Shown here: piece after piece, positions 38,171-51,123 of the stretch
How the letters are laid out: each line of letters begins with the position of its first letter
How positions within the stretch are numbered: position 1 is the first letter of the stretch
Source of the DNA: Gekko japonicus
Taxonomy: Eukaryota
Assembly (NCBI RefSeq): GCF_001447785.1
Contig: NW_015174272.1
Location: 1,094,584 to 1,158,583, forward strand
Direction: 5' to 3'
DNA length: 64,000 nt
The notes under the pieces: model-generated
Database searches by the model: none
What the model saw: only the letters and a program-made list of their open reading frames with translations
Told to the model about the DNA's origin: nothing
Made by a program: the position numbers and the translations under genes

Positions 38171-39236
38171 CCTGCTGCTCTAGAATGACGCCAGTTTAGA
38201 AATAGGCATTGCATAATCGGATTCTGTTTCTCTTTCGAGTTGATTCGTCGGTGTTAAGAGGTCCTGAGTGGGGTTGCGTTGTTGTTTTCTGTTGCATATT
38301 CTGGAGGAAGCCTTGCTTGCAACATAAGGGAGGAAAGGTGGCATTTTTGCGGCTCTGGGAGTGGAGTGTGGCCTGAACTATTAAGCAGGAGTCCAATAGC
38401 ACTTTAAAGGCTAAGGAAATTTGTTGCATGCGTCGGAGGAGCTGACTTCTGAAAGTTTATGTTGAAATAAATGTTAATGTTTAAGGTGCTGCTGGATCCA
38501 TGTTTAATTTTACTGCAACTCCTTTGGAGTTGTGATGAAACGTCATGGATGTGTGAATGCTAGAGTTGGTCTCTCCTCTTCATGTGTTTCAATGGCTTAT
38601 CTTTGGAAAGATTACACATTTGTTGCTCTCTTGCAAAGAGTGTAAGAAAGGGGTGTGTGTTAAAGGATGTTTTGACAAATTCTCCCTCATAGTCTCCTTC
38701 CAAAAGATCATACATCTGTTCTTAACATGCGAGTGCTTGGCATGTATTTTTACCAGTTGTCAAGTTAAAACCCCAGGCTCAGTGAGACCCTATTTACTAT
38801 GAACAGCTGTTGGTAAACTGAAATCCTTGGCCTGTCTGAGGGATTGAAGTCTCACTGAAAAACATTTAATTGGGTGAGGTAGCTGGCTTTTTACAAGCTT
38901 CAGAGGGTAGCCGTGTTGATCTGCAGTAGAACAGGTTCAACTCCAGTAACACCTTAGAGACTTTGTTGTGATTGGTTGTCTCTCTGAAATATTTTTAGTG
39001 TTGCACCTGGAATGTGTGAACAAATAAGGGCCTGTGAGCTTGTGCAGTGCGACTGACCGTTACTGTGGGCCTCTTGCAGGTTGTGCCCATAAAATTAAGG
39101 AGCAGGGCTTCTAAGAGAGAGGGCATAGCTTCTGGGCAGGTTTAAGTCCCAGTGCCTTTCTTCAGGAACTGAACACTGCAGCTTGGAATATATATCTCCC
39201 TCACCCCTTTCTTTTTGCTTTGTGGCTAAATTTTGT

Positions 39237-39510
39237 CAGTTTGGTGTAGTGGTTAAGTGCGTGGACTCTAATCTGGGAGAACCGGATTTGATTCCCCACT
39301 CCTCCACTTGCACCTGCTGGATGACCTTGGGTAAGCCATAGTTCTGGCACAGCTGTTCTTGAAAAAGAGCAGTTTCTGTCAGAGTTCTCTCAGCCCCACC
39401 TACCTCACAGGGTGTCTGTTGTGGGGAGGGGGAGGGAAAGGAGTTTGTAAGCCGCTCTGAGACGCCTTTGGGTAGTGAAGGGCAGAGTATAAATCCAATC
39501 GCTTCTTCTT
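39237..39510 (+). mobile_element. Squam3-like SINE (TMBIM6 intron 1)
   Basis: Same head and tail. Confidence 0.88.
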
Positions 39511-41528
39511 GTCTCTGTAACTAGTTACAGATCAGAGGGGTCCACTGACATTTTCACAGGTCTGGCAAATTCAGTGACAATGTTGACTTTTGTGCAAACC
39601 TCTAAATGTTCTAGAACAAGATTGTTGATGTAGTTACTAAATTACTAAATTCCTGTTGGTTCCTGTGTGGAACAAGTTGGACAACAGCCAGTTTCATGCA
39701 CACATGCATTGAATTGAAGATTTAGCCAAAGCCAGCTTTGGCCATTAATCACCTTTCTTGGAATAGAGTGGACATCTGGTGTGGGTCCTTCACCTGCTCT
39801 GAACATGCTGTTGTGTGGGTTAGAGAGCTGTTTCAAATTTGGAAGTTTCCCCTGAGCTTGGCATGATTAGAGTAAGGTCAAACCTCAACCATGGGGGTGT
39901 CTGTGGGGAAAGGACTCAATATTGTTCTGTGGGATTAATTAAAGTGGTAGTTGAAAGCCAGTTTTACAACTGGGTGTTAAAAGGATGATAGGTATGTTAC
40001 TTAGTCTCGGCTAAGAAGGATGGGATATGTTCTGTAGCTTAGTATTGCTCAGTTCTTAATTGTTCCGTTTGGTGTATAATCAAAGTTGGAATACTGAAGT
40101 TGTCGTCTGGGGAAGTAGAGTAGTAACTTATTAATGTAACAGATATCTTTGAGCCTTTTTTCTCCCTATGGTTTTAATCTTGTCAAAGTCTGTCCTTTGA
40201 CTAGCCTTCGAGATCTCCTGTGGTTACACAGTGTTCCAGAACAGTTCAGAACCTCGAAGATGATTGGTTGGCTTTCTGATGTCATAGTGGTCACCTGAGC
40301 TTCTGTTGTGGGGCACTGTGTGGTGCTTCCACCTGCCCGTGTGGATCAGCCTATCCTTCTTGAGGACTGTAAGGGGACTGTAAGCACTCTGCCCCGCCCC
40401 CCTTGCCAATGAGTATGTTCCTGTGTCAAAGTACTGTTAGGAAGCAATGAAAATTGTGCCCCTGGATGGCTTATTGAAAGCTTCGCCTGGTGGTAAATTT
40501 TTGTAGGTATTTTTAATCTGGTTATTTATTAATAAGAGATCATGGGTTCTTCACTTCCTCATAGACAGGCTGGTTATTGAACTTGAGCTATGAGTTTGCT
40601 GCCAGGTCAGTTTTTCTTCTTCTTCCCCTTCCTCCCACAGTCTTACTTCTGTGTTGAATTTGCTCATGTAGAAATCACTGACGCCACTTACCAGTCTTTT
40701 GGGTGCCAGAACCTATTCATGGGATCACTCCAACTAAGGATTCCACCATCATGTTTGTATGAACATGGGTCGCTGAATAATTGGTTTGGGTTTGAGATAA
40801 GACTGTGAGGGACAGAGGGATGTAAAGTGCTTACTGAAGAAATGCCGGTTTGTCTTCCCTACGAACTCCACAGGATGCAAGATACATTCTATTTGATAGT
40901 TTTATGTATTAAGCATGAAACATTCATGAATATCCAAACACGGTCTCTTGCCTGAATATTTAAGCTGAAGAGCCTTCCCAGTTGTCTTACAAAACAGAAA
41001 TACAGGAGTGTTGTAACTGCTTTGCACTGATCTTGAGTAAGTATCAGTCTCTTAATAAGCACTGTTTGTTGTTAAGGTGCAGTCTTATTCAGTATAGTTT
41101 TCAATATGGATTCCTGAACTTTGCCTTGTAGAACAATAGTGTCCTTCACTGTTTCAAGGGTGCATTTACCTAATGGCTAGGATTTCTGATCACATCTTTA
41201 TTTGTAGTTCTGTCCTCTCTCCTAAAGAGAAGGTTTTGACATGATAGGGGCCAAAGTTATGCTGTGGCTAATTGTTACACGCGCTCTCCTTGGTTCAGGA
41301 TTTTGAAGCAGCAGCATTGCTTTGAGCAGTCCTTGGATCTAACTTCATGCAAACTTGGGAAGAGTTTGGTTTCTGTATATGCTTTCAAACAGTGTTTGTA
41401 GTGGTTCTGGGCAATCTAATAGTCAAAGGCAGAACAAAAGGCCAGACAGTGTATCTGTTGCGTTCAGTTGAGGGTATTATTGTGTTCTGTCTGACATATG
41501 AATCTGGGGGAAGCAAACTAACAACTGT

Positions 41529-41854
41529 TATTGCTTTTAATTCCAACTGGTGGTTGTTCTTTTCTTATTACGGAATATGGCAGTTACTTCTTACTATAGT
41601 GGCTGTTTTTGTGGCTTCTGCAAACTGTCTGTTGGAATAAGCAGAACTGGTTGTTACACGCGCATCAGTGGCCCAAACGTATAGAAGTATGTTTCTATTG
41701 CTTTTAATTCCAACTGGTAGTTGGTTTTTTCTTATTATGGAATATAGCAGTAACTTCTTACTATAGTGGCTGTTTTCGTGGCTTCTGCAAACTGTTGAAA
41801 TAAGCAGAACTGATCGTGATAGGTCAGTGGCCCAAACGTATAGAAGTATGTTTC
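41529..41854. repeat. Two-unit tandem duplication (167 + 159 bp) in TMBIM6 intron 1
   Basis: tattgcttttaattccaactgg...tagaagtatgtttc repeated with scattered differences. Confidence 0.93.
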
Positions 41855-44800
41855 ATACACTTCTAAAGCTAGCATGTCCTTTGTGCCACTATTCAAGTTA
41901 TAGCGAGGAGGTTGCCTGTTTTACAAACATTTTCCATAAGGTAACTGTTGCGGGGAGAGCTTATTCCAAGCTTATAGTGGCCCCTCTTGTCATGGATATT
42001 TGATCTTCTAGGCACCTGCCCTTCCCAAATCTATTGAGCCTAGGGTAGGAAACTGAAAGACTAGCCTATTTCATTTTGACTTTGCAGATTATGGGGAAAG
42101 CTGAGAAATTTACTAACTCAAATGCCTGACAATGATGTCTCATTTGCCCTCATTGGTCCAGTTCAGCCTCTTTCTTGAACTGCTGTTGGCATCTGGAAGG
42201 AGTGGGTGGTTAGCATGTGATATTCTCCAAGCTTCCTCCACCCGGCATGACCTATTTTGGTGCCCCAATACTGAGTCATGTTAGCTGGTAGGTTCACCTG
42301 TAGCCTGAATTACATGTTACGTTTCTCCATGGATTTCCCAAGGTAATCTGCTGTGAGGAGGTGTCTTCTGTCACTTCAAGGGGGCTGTTGGGGCCTTGGA
42401 ATGTGACATTTCCTGTCCTGTGTGCAGACGTGTGGTGACTGAAAAGCCCTTAGATGCAGAACAGATCCTAATAGGATAGTGGATATGCATAACTTCTTGA
42501 GGCAGTGTGATCACCCTGCTTTCTGGGAGCTCTTGCCTTTTCTATTTGGCAGAATTTGATTCTCCATTCCAAAACACTGTTCATATGATCTTCGCTCAGC
42601 CAGCCTCTGGAAATGGCATGAACTCTTGCAGCTGGGGGTCTACTATTCTGCTGTCATGACAATCCGAACCTGGGTTTACTTTGCTAGTTTTAGTCCTGGC
42701 TGAACAGATGTCCACAATTGTGTTTTTCTCATACTGTTCCATATCTCCTTCCAGGGAAGTTGCAGCAAAACTGGTAAACTTCATTTTGCACTTGCATCTA
42801 ATACTTGGTTGGGTAGAGCTTGTTTGCACCAGAGTCTGTATTTAATCAATCTCAATTTAAAAGTTCCATTATCTTGACGAAAACTCTGAAAATCTGTATC
42901 TTTAAAATGCAGCTTCTTTAGCAATTCAAGGAGTGGGAAGAGGCTCTAAATTCAGATGTTCCAGGCTCAGCATGAAGCAAAAACTACTGAGATAATCCCG
43001 CATCCTTGGATGTAGCATAACCAAATATTGTAAATGTGAGGATTTGAAGTATAAAATACTTTAGAAGTAACAAGAATCAAAGTTCGTTTGGCTTTTGAAA
43101 GGCAGTATTGGAAAATTGCAGGCAACGCCCGGTTCTTGCACCTGATAGTCACCTCTCTAGCTGCTCGGTAAAGGAGGTCTACAGTAGTGATACTTCCAAA
43201 GTCCACATCTCATATTCTTAAAAAAGAATGTAGTGCTTAGCATCAGCCCCAAATGTATATAATTCTAGAAGGCTATAAATATAACTTAATGTTTACGAGG
43301 ATAATGCATCCTTCTGAACTGGTGAATAGTTTGCCTTTGCAATAGCTGTCCCAGCTTCTATGCAGCCAGTCCTACAGGGGTGTGGGAACTGTGCACTATA
43401 ACTGGAAACACCAATCTCTACTGCAGTTAGTAAAAAGGTGGTTTCTGTGTTTTCATAAACCAGTTGGTTTCTTTATTTTTTTTTAAATTTAAATCTGGAG
43501 AATTAGCTCTCCGCCTGTGTGAAAATACACTCTGCACTGTTAGCAGAAATATTGCCACCTGTTGCCATATGTTAGTAGGAATGACTCCAGTTTGCTGTAA
43601 TGCGGTAGGGTGCCGAGAGGGACTCCAGAAGCACACAGGAAGCAACAGCCGGGGGGGGGGGTACACTCCTGGCGGTCCACATTTCTTCCATATCCTTCTA
43701 GCTGCCAGCAGTGCCACCTTTACCAAGCCTGGGCTTAAAACCCACAGGAAGGGGCCCCAAAGTTATCTTTGCATTCACTGGCTTGGATCACTTTTGTGCT
43801 GAGTGTAATTTAGAACATACTTGTGTGCTTCAGTGCTGCTCACCTCACTTGGGAGGGATGGACTACGGAAAGCAGATGTAGGAAAGAGCTACAAATAATA
43901 AATCCTTTTGGCTTGTCTGAGGTGGAGGCGTGGTTCGCTTGTATTCCCACATAGCCATAAAAAGAGCCGGTCTGATACAGGGGGAGTTTGTCTGACTTGG
44001 AGTCTCGGCATCTTGAGTTCAACTCCATGCTCAGCCTTGAAGCAAATTGAGGGACCTTGGACTGGAAGTCAGCTTCTCCCCCTTCCTTCAGCATAACCAG
44101 TTGGGTGGCTGAAATGGGAGATGACCCCAGTATACCACCCTGAGCTCCTTGGGAGGAAGGATGAGCTGCCAGTATTAGTTATGCGTCACTGTTCTGTTGG
44201 GATTGTGAATGTGTGGCAAGTCTTTGTTCAGCACCTCTCGTCTTTGCCAGGGGAGGAGGTGTCGTCTTGTCACCCTATCAAGAAGCCAGACTAAGATGTC
44301 TGTGATATTTGCATGATCCTATTACATTATGACGCCACCTTTCCCTGCCAGCCAACCCGGGCCTGGCTTGCATGTTTGACCTCCATTCTTTCCTTGCCTG
44401 ATGAGGGATATAAGCTGCCAGTTGCAGAACTGGTTGCCACCCAGGGTTTTAGAGCAAACACTAGCAGATATAATGAGAACTCCTGAGGGCGGGAGGGAGG
44501 GTGTGGCGAGGTTATCCGAGCATATTGGGTAGTGCTGACTTGGGTGGGCAAAATACCAGTCCCTATTGATGCAGCACATAGAAGGAGGGGGGGCTCCTCG
44601 TCAGAGCGTTTGGGAACAACACATTTGCCTGCAGCGTCAGGCTGGGGGGGGGGGCTGCCTGGCCCTGACTCTGCTCTGGCCCTGCCTGGGGAGGTCATTA
44701 GGGACACTAATGTGAGTGCTTTCCAGCTGCTGTGTTGTGAAGCAAAGTTCCCCTGTGAGTCCAGGGGCTCCCCAGGGGCCTGGGGGTTAGCCTTGCAACA

Positions 44801-45715
44801 ACCTGCAATAATTGCACCACATACGCCAAGAGGGCTGGGACGCCTGCAAAGCAGTTGCAGCCTTTAGATCTTCCTGGCCAGGAGCAAGAGGGGGACCTCC
44901 TAGCAGGTTGCGTCTCAGGACTTCAGTTGGTGAGTCCAGAGTGGAGGGCAGCGGTCTCGTTCCTCCTTAGCAGTGTGGGGGGGTTCCCCCCATGGGTCAG
45001 CCTGTACTGAGCTTCCCATTTCTCGATTAGGACTGAATCTTTGGCAGAGAGATTTCTTTGAACAATGGAAATTGGATTCATTGAACACACTCTGATGGCA
45101 GAGTGAGGGGAACCATAATGAGTCTGTGTGATGGATGGTACTATCATTGGACAAAGGTGGATGTATAATGGCTTGGAATGGGGATTGCTGCTTGAAGCCT
45201 CTATTCCAGGACTTTATTCTTTGCCGCTTACTGGATCTTCTGTCATAGGTTGGGTCTCTTGGCTTTCCTTTCTACATCTGACAAAGCGGGGCCTTAAAGA
45301 CATGTTCTGACTTCAGAGGAAGCCACGCCACACTTGTTTGAAGAGTAGTTATGCTGTCTCCCAGCTTAACTGGTGGTGAGATCAGGATAATTAACAAATG
45401 GCTGACAGCTCCACTGAGGGAGAGGAGGCTAGAGCCTCTGAAACCACAGGTGTTTCTGGATTGCTTCTAGTGGTGGGGCATTGACAGAAGCCCAGGTCCT
45501 TTTGGGGTGGCCACAGTCTGTTGCTTGATGTCATTTGGACAACCAGGAAGGAGGAGTTCAGCGCTACCTCTAAGGGTGGATATCAGCAGGCATCACGGGG
45601 CTCTCAGGTGGTCCTGGGGAAGAGTGGCACTGTTTCCCCACCTGATGTGGCTTTTGCTCCCCTTTTCTGCAGCTTATTTTGACGAGAGGGTTGCAGCGAT
45701 CTGCTGGCCAGCACA

Positions 45716-45771
45716 ATGGACGTCTTCAACAGGAACATTGACTTTGATGCCATCTTCAAATTCTCCCACAT
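45716..45771 (+). CDS. TMBIM6: TMBIM6/Bax inhibitor-1, first coding exon (exon 2; acceptor at 45673)
   Basis: ATG 45716 gives MDVFNRNIDFDAIFKFSH(I), matching human BI-1 MNIFDRKINFDALLKFSHI; GTGAGT donor. The nine coding exons join in frame to 714 nt = 237 aa plus stop. Confidence 0.97.
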
Positions 45772-46286
45772 GTGAGTGTACATTTGGTTTGCCTCCCACT
45801 TTGGGTGTGGTTTTGTCACGGGTGGGAGGAGGTAGATCAGCGGACCCCTTGGACTGGGATGGTTGGAAGCCTGTGGGGATCTGTCAATGAACACACATCA
45901 TGGATGGGGCTTGAGGATGTGGAGTACAAGCACACCAGGCTCTTCATGCCTTTGGGAGCACATAGTGGTGCCTGATAATGCAGGCAAAAAAGCATCAAAA
46001 TCTTACCCCAGATAAAGAGCTCCCTGTCTCCCCCCCCACCCCCAAGCTGGGTTCTGCAGTCTAGATTAAGCAGCTATTATCTGCATAATTTGTCCTTATT
46101 GTTATGGTAGGGGCAAAGAGCTCTGAATTTGTACTAGTTCTGTGCACATTTTGAAATCTTGTTCACACACACAAGTAGTAACCCCTTACTACTTTCAAGT
46201 TTGTCTTTAGCCTAGAGGGTTAGACATTTGCTTTCACTGAGGATGAATAAAAGCTGAGACTCTCAAAACACTGTTTACTTGCCCAC

Positions 46287-46493
46287 CAATGCTCTCTCTA
46301 AGCTGTGGAGTCTTGTGAGCAAAAATCCTTCTTTGTGAGCTACTGGCATTAAAGTTGTGAGCGAGCCATCTAGCTGCTGCATAAATTAGTTTGCTCTGGA
46401 GCCATCCTTCCTGAGCTTAAGACAAAAATGTGTGAGCTGGAGGCTAAGAAACTGTGAGCTAGCTCACACTAACTCAGCTTAGAGGTAATACTG
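46287..46493 (+). mobile_element. hAT MITE family A (TMBIM6 intron 2)
   Basis: Degenerate TIRs; TSD TTGCCCAC / CTGCCCAT. Confidence 0.9.
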
Positions 46494-46928
46494 CTGCCCA
46501 TTACTGGATTCTGCACTCTGTGAGGTACGGTCATGAAACAGAGAGCAATTTAGGAAAGACCATATGGAAGCCAAAGTCTAGGGCTGGAAAGATGCCGTGC
46601 CAGTAGGGCAAAAGAAACACAGCTGCCCACCAAGCATCAGCATCAGACTTGTGAGAATCTCTGTGACCAGGTACTCCAGATTGCTCCAGATTCTCTCTCT
46701 GGCTCTCCGCTTCTCCTCTGTGAGGAACATGACATCCCAGTCCTAGAGGCTCTGGAGTGTGAGATTGTCTTGGCAGAGGCACTTGAAAATGTGTTTTCGG
46801 GACAGATGAAGTGTTTCCTCTGTGTAGGCTGCTGGGTGTCTGAGAGCTGGCAAGCGGCCAGCCAGAGGAGCTGTTGTTTCTCAGGTGTGTGAGATGTGAT
46901 GACACTGACTTTTCCTTAACCCCTGCAG

Positions 46929-47037
46929 CTCCACATCAACCCAGCAGCACCTGAAGAAGGTCTATGCTACCTTTGCACTGTGCATGTTCGTAGCAGCAGC
47001 TGGTGCTTACATCAACCTGGTAACTCAGCTGGTGCAG
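46929..47037 (+). CDS. TMBIM6: TMBIM6 exon 3
   Basis: ccctgcag acceptor, gtaaga donor; [36 protein letters not shown]. Confidence 0.97.
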
Positions 47038-47728
47038 GTAAGAGCCCTTTGTGCATATCTGTGGGCTTAAGACCATTTTGGCCCTTGGTGTGTTTGTGAG
47101 TTGTGGAGTTTAGCCACAGGCTAGAAAGTGAGCTGTGTTATATATAGTCCCTTAAAGTTTCCCTAGGGATTCTTCTCATTGGGCATAGTAAGTGATTGGC
47201 TGTAACTTTCAAAACAGAAATTGGGAAATAGTCCCTAATTGTTAGACATAGGGAGCCATCCTATACCAATGAAAAAACAGCCAAGAGCTATTCTCAGTAT
47301 AATACAGTGAAAGGCATTTCTGATACTGCGTTTCAAGGGGTGTAAAAGCAGATGCATATCAGTCTCTACAGTGCTTTTTACTAATTGACCACAGTGCTGG
47401 AAATTGATTCACTTCTCACAGAGCAGTAAGATCAGATACTGCATCTGTGTATTTCCTTAGATGTCTGCAAGGGGAAGGCTTATTCTTATTATTTATTTTT
47501 GTTTTGGCTGAAACCTGAAAATTCTGCAAAAGGGCCTGGAATAACTGAAGGAGTTGAGCATGGGCTCCTTCCATGGCTAGGACCCTGGACCCTGTCTGGG
47601 GACTGTGACTAAAATGGTCTGCCTAATTAAATTCCACAGGTTAGATTCAGCCACTTCCCTGTCAGCAACATCTAGACCATGCCCAGGACCCGGTCTGTGC
47701 ACTAATCTCCTTCTGCGCTTCCTTACAG

Positions 47729-47849
47729 TTTGGCCTGCTGACTAGTCTGGGAGCTCTTGGCCTTATGATCTGGCTGATGGCCACACCCCACAGCCGGAAA
47801 ACGGAGCAGAAACGACTGGGCATTCTGTCAGGCTTTGCCTTCCTCTCTG
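47729..47849 (+). CDS. TMBIM6: TMBIM6 exon 4
   Basis: ccttacag acceptor, gtatgt donor; FGLLTSLGALGLMIWLMATPHSRKTEQKRLGILSGFAFLS. Confidence 0.97.
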
Positions 47850-48775
47850 GTATGTGCTGATGATCCTCTTCCCGTTGGAAAGGGGGTGTATTTTTATACC
47901 AAGGCAAACAGTTTAATCAAGCACCAGCAGCCTAATGGAAATGTTTCATGAGCAGGGCAGAAGCTGGGGTGAAGTCAGTTACTTGTACAAGTAAAGGAGA
48001 TCCGCAGATGTGGTCGATTCCTTGTGCCTCGGCACTTAGAAATTAGCTACTATGTGGAAGCTGCTTTTGCTTGAAATTCTCCTAGGCAGCTGGGTGGTGC
48101 TGGTAGTGTGTGTTGAGGATAATGGAACTGTATGGGCAGGTTGATTTTGGTTTCCCTGGCACCTGATTCCCAGATGGTCATTGCCAGTATTCTTAACAAG
48201 GAGGCAAAGGACCCACTCAGCTAGCACTGGCCTTGCTTGCATGGTTTCGTCCACCAGTACCTCAGCTACCTGGAATCTAGCATACTTCTATCCCTGGAGG
48301 CTCAGGTAAATGGATTCCTCATTCTTCATTTTGATGTCACCAATCCTGTGGCATAGGTTGACTCATGTGACTGGCCCAAGATCACTTGGCAGAGTGGGGA
48401 TTTGCCCTTGGGTCCCCCAGAGCCTCTGGGGTGGGACGAGGAGCTGATACGTGGCTCTGCGTTCTGTGTTGTGAAGGGGGCCAGCTGGAATGGGCACAAT
48501 CCTTTGGTATTACTAGAGAGTATCTATGGATTTTTAGCAACTTGAGTTAGTATCGTTAAGGCCATGTGGTGACACTTGACCTTGATTATCTAGCCTCTCA
48601 GAGCTGGTGCTTATGTGATGGTTTGTACTTGAGTTTCAATCATATAAAGATCAATTTTGTTGTGTTCTGATGGACTCACGTGCGTAAGCCAGGTGTTTTC
48701 TTCCAAATACATGTAAGTATTGTGTTTTCATGCAGTGGTCTCTCCAATGCCATTGTATTCCTTTGTCTTCTCTAG

Positions 48776-48824
48776 GAGTTAACCTGGGACCTCTGCTGAA
48801 GATGGTCATCGCCATCAACCCCAG
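48776..48824 (+). CDS. TMBIM6: TMBIM6 exon 5
   Basis: tctctag acceptor, gtaaga donor; GVNLGPLLKMVIAINPS. Confidence 0.96.
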
Positions 48825-49334
48825 GTAAGAGGCAGTAATGCCTCAGTTGGCCGTTCACTTCCACACTCCGTCACGCTTGCAGGGAGTTGTGGGCCACACC
48901 TACAGGTTTTCACCAGTAATATAATGTTGTTTTTGTGCCATCAAGTCACAGCTGACTTTTGGGGACCCCCCCCCCCATGGGGTTTTAAAGGCAAGAGACA
49001 TTCAGAGGCAATTTTAATTTTTCTACATTTTAGTAATTTCCTCTAACTCTAGTAAGCTATTTCTGATATTTTTATTTTAGTAGGGAGTCTGGGAAAAGAT
49101 TCCAGCCACTGAGCCTTGCCAACATCTCTCCCCCCCCCTCGCCCCCCACGCACACAGTTTGCCTGCTAAGTTCTGAAGCCCACCAGAACACCTCTTCTTT
49201 GGGCATCCGCTTCCAAGCCCTGTATATGGCCAGTTATTTGCATGGAGAGTGGTAGAAGTTCTGTGAGCCACATTGGGGAACTAGAACCCCTTCTGTAATG
49301 ACTAGCTCTCGTCTTGTCCTTTCTCTCCACTCAG

Positions 49335-49432
49335 CATCATCCCAACTGCTTTCCTGGGCACAGCTGTGATCTTCAGTTGCTTCTCCCTGAGTGCCCTCTT
49401 CGCTAAGCGCCGTGCCTACCTGTACCTGGGAG
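49335..49432 (+). CDS. TMBIM6: TMBIM6 exon 6
   Basis: ccactcag acceptor, gtaagg donor; [32 protein letters not shown]. Confidence 0.97.
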
Positions 49433-49537
49433 GTAAGGATTTCAAAGGGGATGCCTGCCAGCACCCTCCTGGATTGAGAAAGAGGGCTTTGCAGCACCTT
49501 GTTCCTTACTCACCATGCTTCTGTTTCCTTTTGTTAG

Positions 49538-49617
49538 GTTTTCTGTTCTCTGGCCTCTTTCTGATGCTCTTTCTCTCCCTGATCAATATGTTTGTGGGCT
49601 CCACCTGGCTTTTCACA
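49538..49617 (+). CDS. TMBIM6: TMBIM6 exon 7
   Basis: ttgttag acceptor, gtaagt donor; [27 protein letters not shown]. Confidence 0.96.
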
Positions 49618-50262
49618 GTAAGTAGCTGTACCCTAACTGGAGCCTACACGCTCCCACTCTGAGCTCACGGGAAGACTCTGGCACTTACTCCTTGATTTCA
49701 ATCTGTTGATTTGAGGGTCGGTAATAGAAGCACGATGCAATGGCTTCTTTCAGGATGGAGCTTGCAAGCTTGCCCCAGATTAGTGTCCAGTGTAATGACT
49801 GCTGAGATGAGTTTTGACTTCCCTTCAGCTTTCATTTTTCAGAGCAAGAAAGGGAGAACTGCTGGAACTTTGTACCAAAAAAAAATCAAAGTTCTGCACT
49901 GGGTAAACATAAATCATGCTGTGGAAGCGGAGTCCTTTGCCTGTGTGAATTGCAAAGTTTTGCAAGACTGTTCTTATGCACAGTTCTGCTCATCGTAAGG
50001 AGAGACAGTACTGACGCTCCATCCTCTGACCATTAAAAATGTTCTGCTCCAAAATTGCTGTGCGCTTTCAGGCATATATTTGTAGCCACGCGGGGTAGAA
50101 ACTTGCCCAGATTACCGGGCAAAGCAGTCAGCAAATATCTTGCAAGGTCTACTGCAAAACCTGGAGACCAGAACTAAGCAAAAAGACTACCAGGGGGATG
50201 GCTGGTGATAGCAGTTAAATATGACTACTCTTGGCTAATGCACCTTTATCATCTTGCTCCAG

Positions 50263-50363
50263 GCTAACCTCTACATTGGACTCATGGTCATGTGTGGCTT
50301 TGTGCTGTTTGACACTCAGCTCATCATTGAGAAGGCTGAGAGGGGAGACGGGGACTACATTTG
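50263..50363 (+). CDS. TMBIM6: TMBIM6 exon 8
   Basis: tgctccag acceptor, gtgagt donor; [34 protein letters not shown], containing conserved D188. Confidence 0.97.
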
Positions 50364-50618
50364 GTGAGTACAGGGCCCTATGGAATAGTGACAGCTGAGT
50401 CCAAGGCTTTGTGCAGGGGCAAGGAGGTGGATAGAGAAGAGTAGAGCTCTGGAATGTGAGATCAGAAGAAAGAGGTTTAAAGGGAGTGGAGAGGTGCATA
50501 GCTAGCCTTTTTTATACAGACTTCAGTTTGAAGCAGGCAGAGAATCTTTACTGTCAATGGTTACGGATGACCCAAAAAGAAGGGCTTAAATGGCTTGAAA
50601 TGAGAGGCAAAATATTTG

Positions 50619-50855
50619 CCAGCTAAGTGAACTGCCAACCTAGCAGTTTGAAAGCAAGAAATTGCAAGTAGATAAATAGGTACCACTTCGGTGGGAAGGT
50701 AACAGCGTTCCGTGCACCTCAGCATTTAGTCATGCTGGCCACATGACCACGGAAACGTCTTCAGACAGCGCTGGCTCTTTTGCTTGGAAACGGAGATGAG
50801 CACCGCGCTAGTCAGATTTGACTAGCTTTTGAGCAAGGAAAACTTTTACTTTTAA
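50619..50855 (+). mobile_element. Sauria SINE (BovB/RTE-dependent), 5'-truncated
   Basis: gcaagtagataaataggtaccac...agtcatgctggccacatgacc...gagatgagcaccgc and an (acttt)-like tail. Confidence 0.8.
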
Positions 50856-51050
50856 ATGAGTTAAACAGAGGAGATCTCAATTGAAGAAGTGTGGGAGGGG
50901 TATGGTGTGCCCAGCGCTTGAAGCCCACTATTCCAGTGCAAGAGGATGGAGGCCCTGATTTGGCATGATTCCTTTTGGCTTTTGTGTGATGCTTTGAAGC
51001 TGCAGTGCATTGTTTGATGCCCATCCTGCCCCCCCTCTCTCTCCGACCAG

Positions 51051-51123
51051 GCACTGTGTGGATCTCTTCCTGGATTTCATCAGCATCTTCCGAGAGCTCA
51101 TGACCATCTTGGGCATGAACGAG
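51051..51123 (+). CDS. TMBIM6: TMBIM6 exon 9
   Basis: ccgaccag acceptor, gtgagt donor; HCVDLFLDFISIFRELMTILGMNE, containing D209 and D213. Confidence 0.97.

Noticed and set aside
38528-38620. Box C-like GTGATGA in TMBIM6 intron 1 (snoRNA?)
   Set aside because: No suitably placed D box or terminal stem
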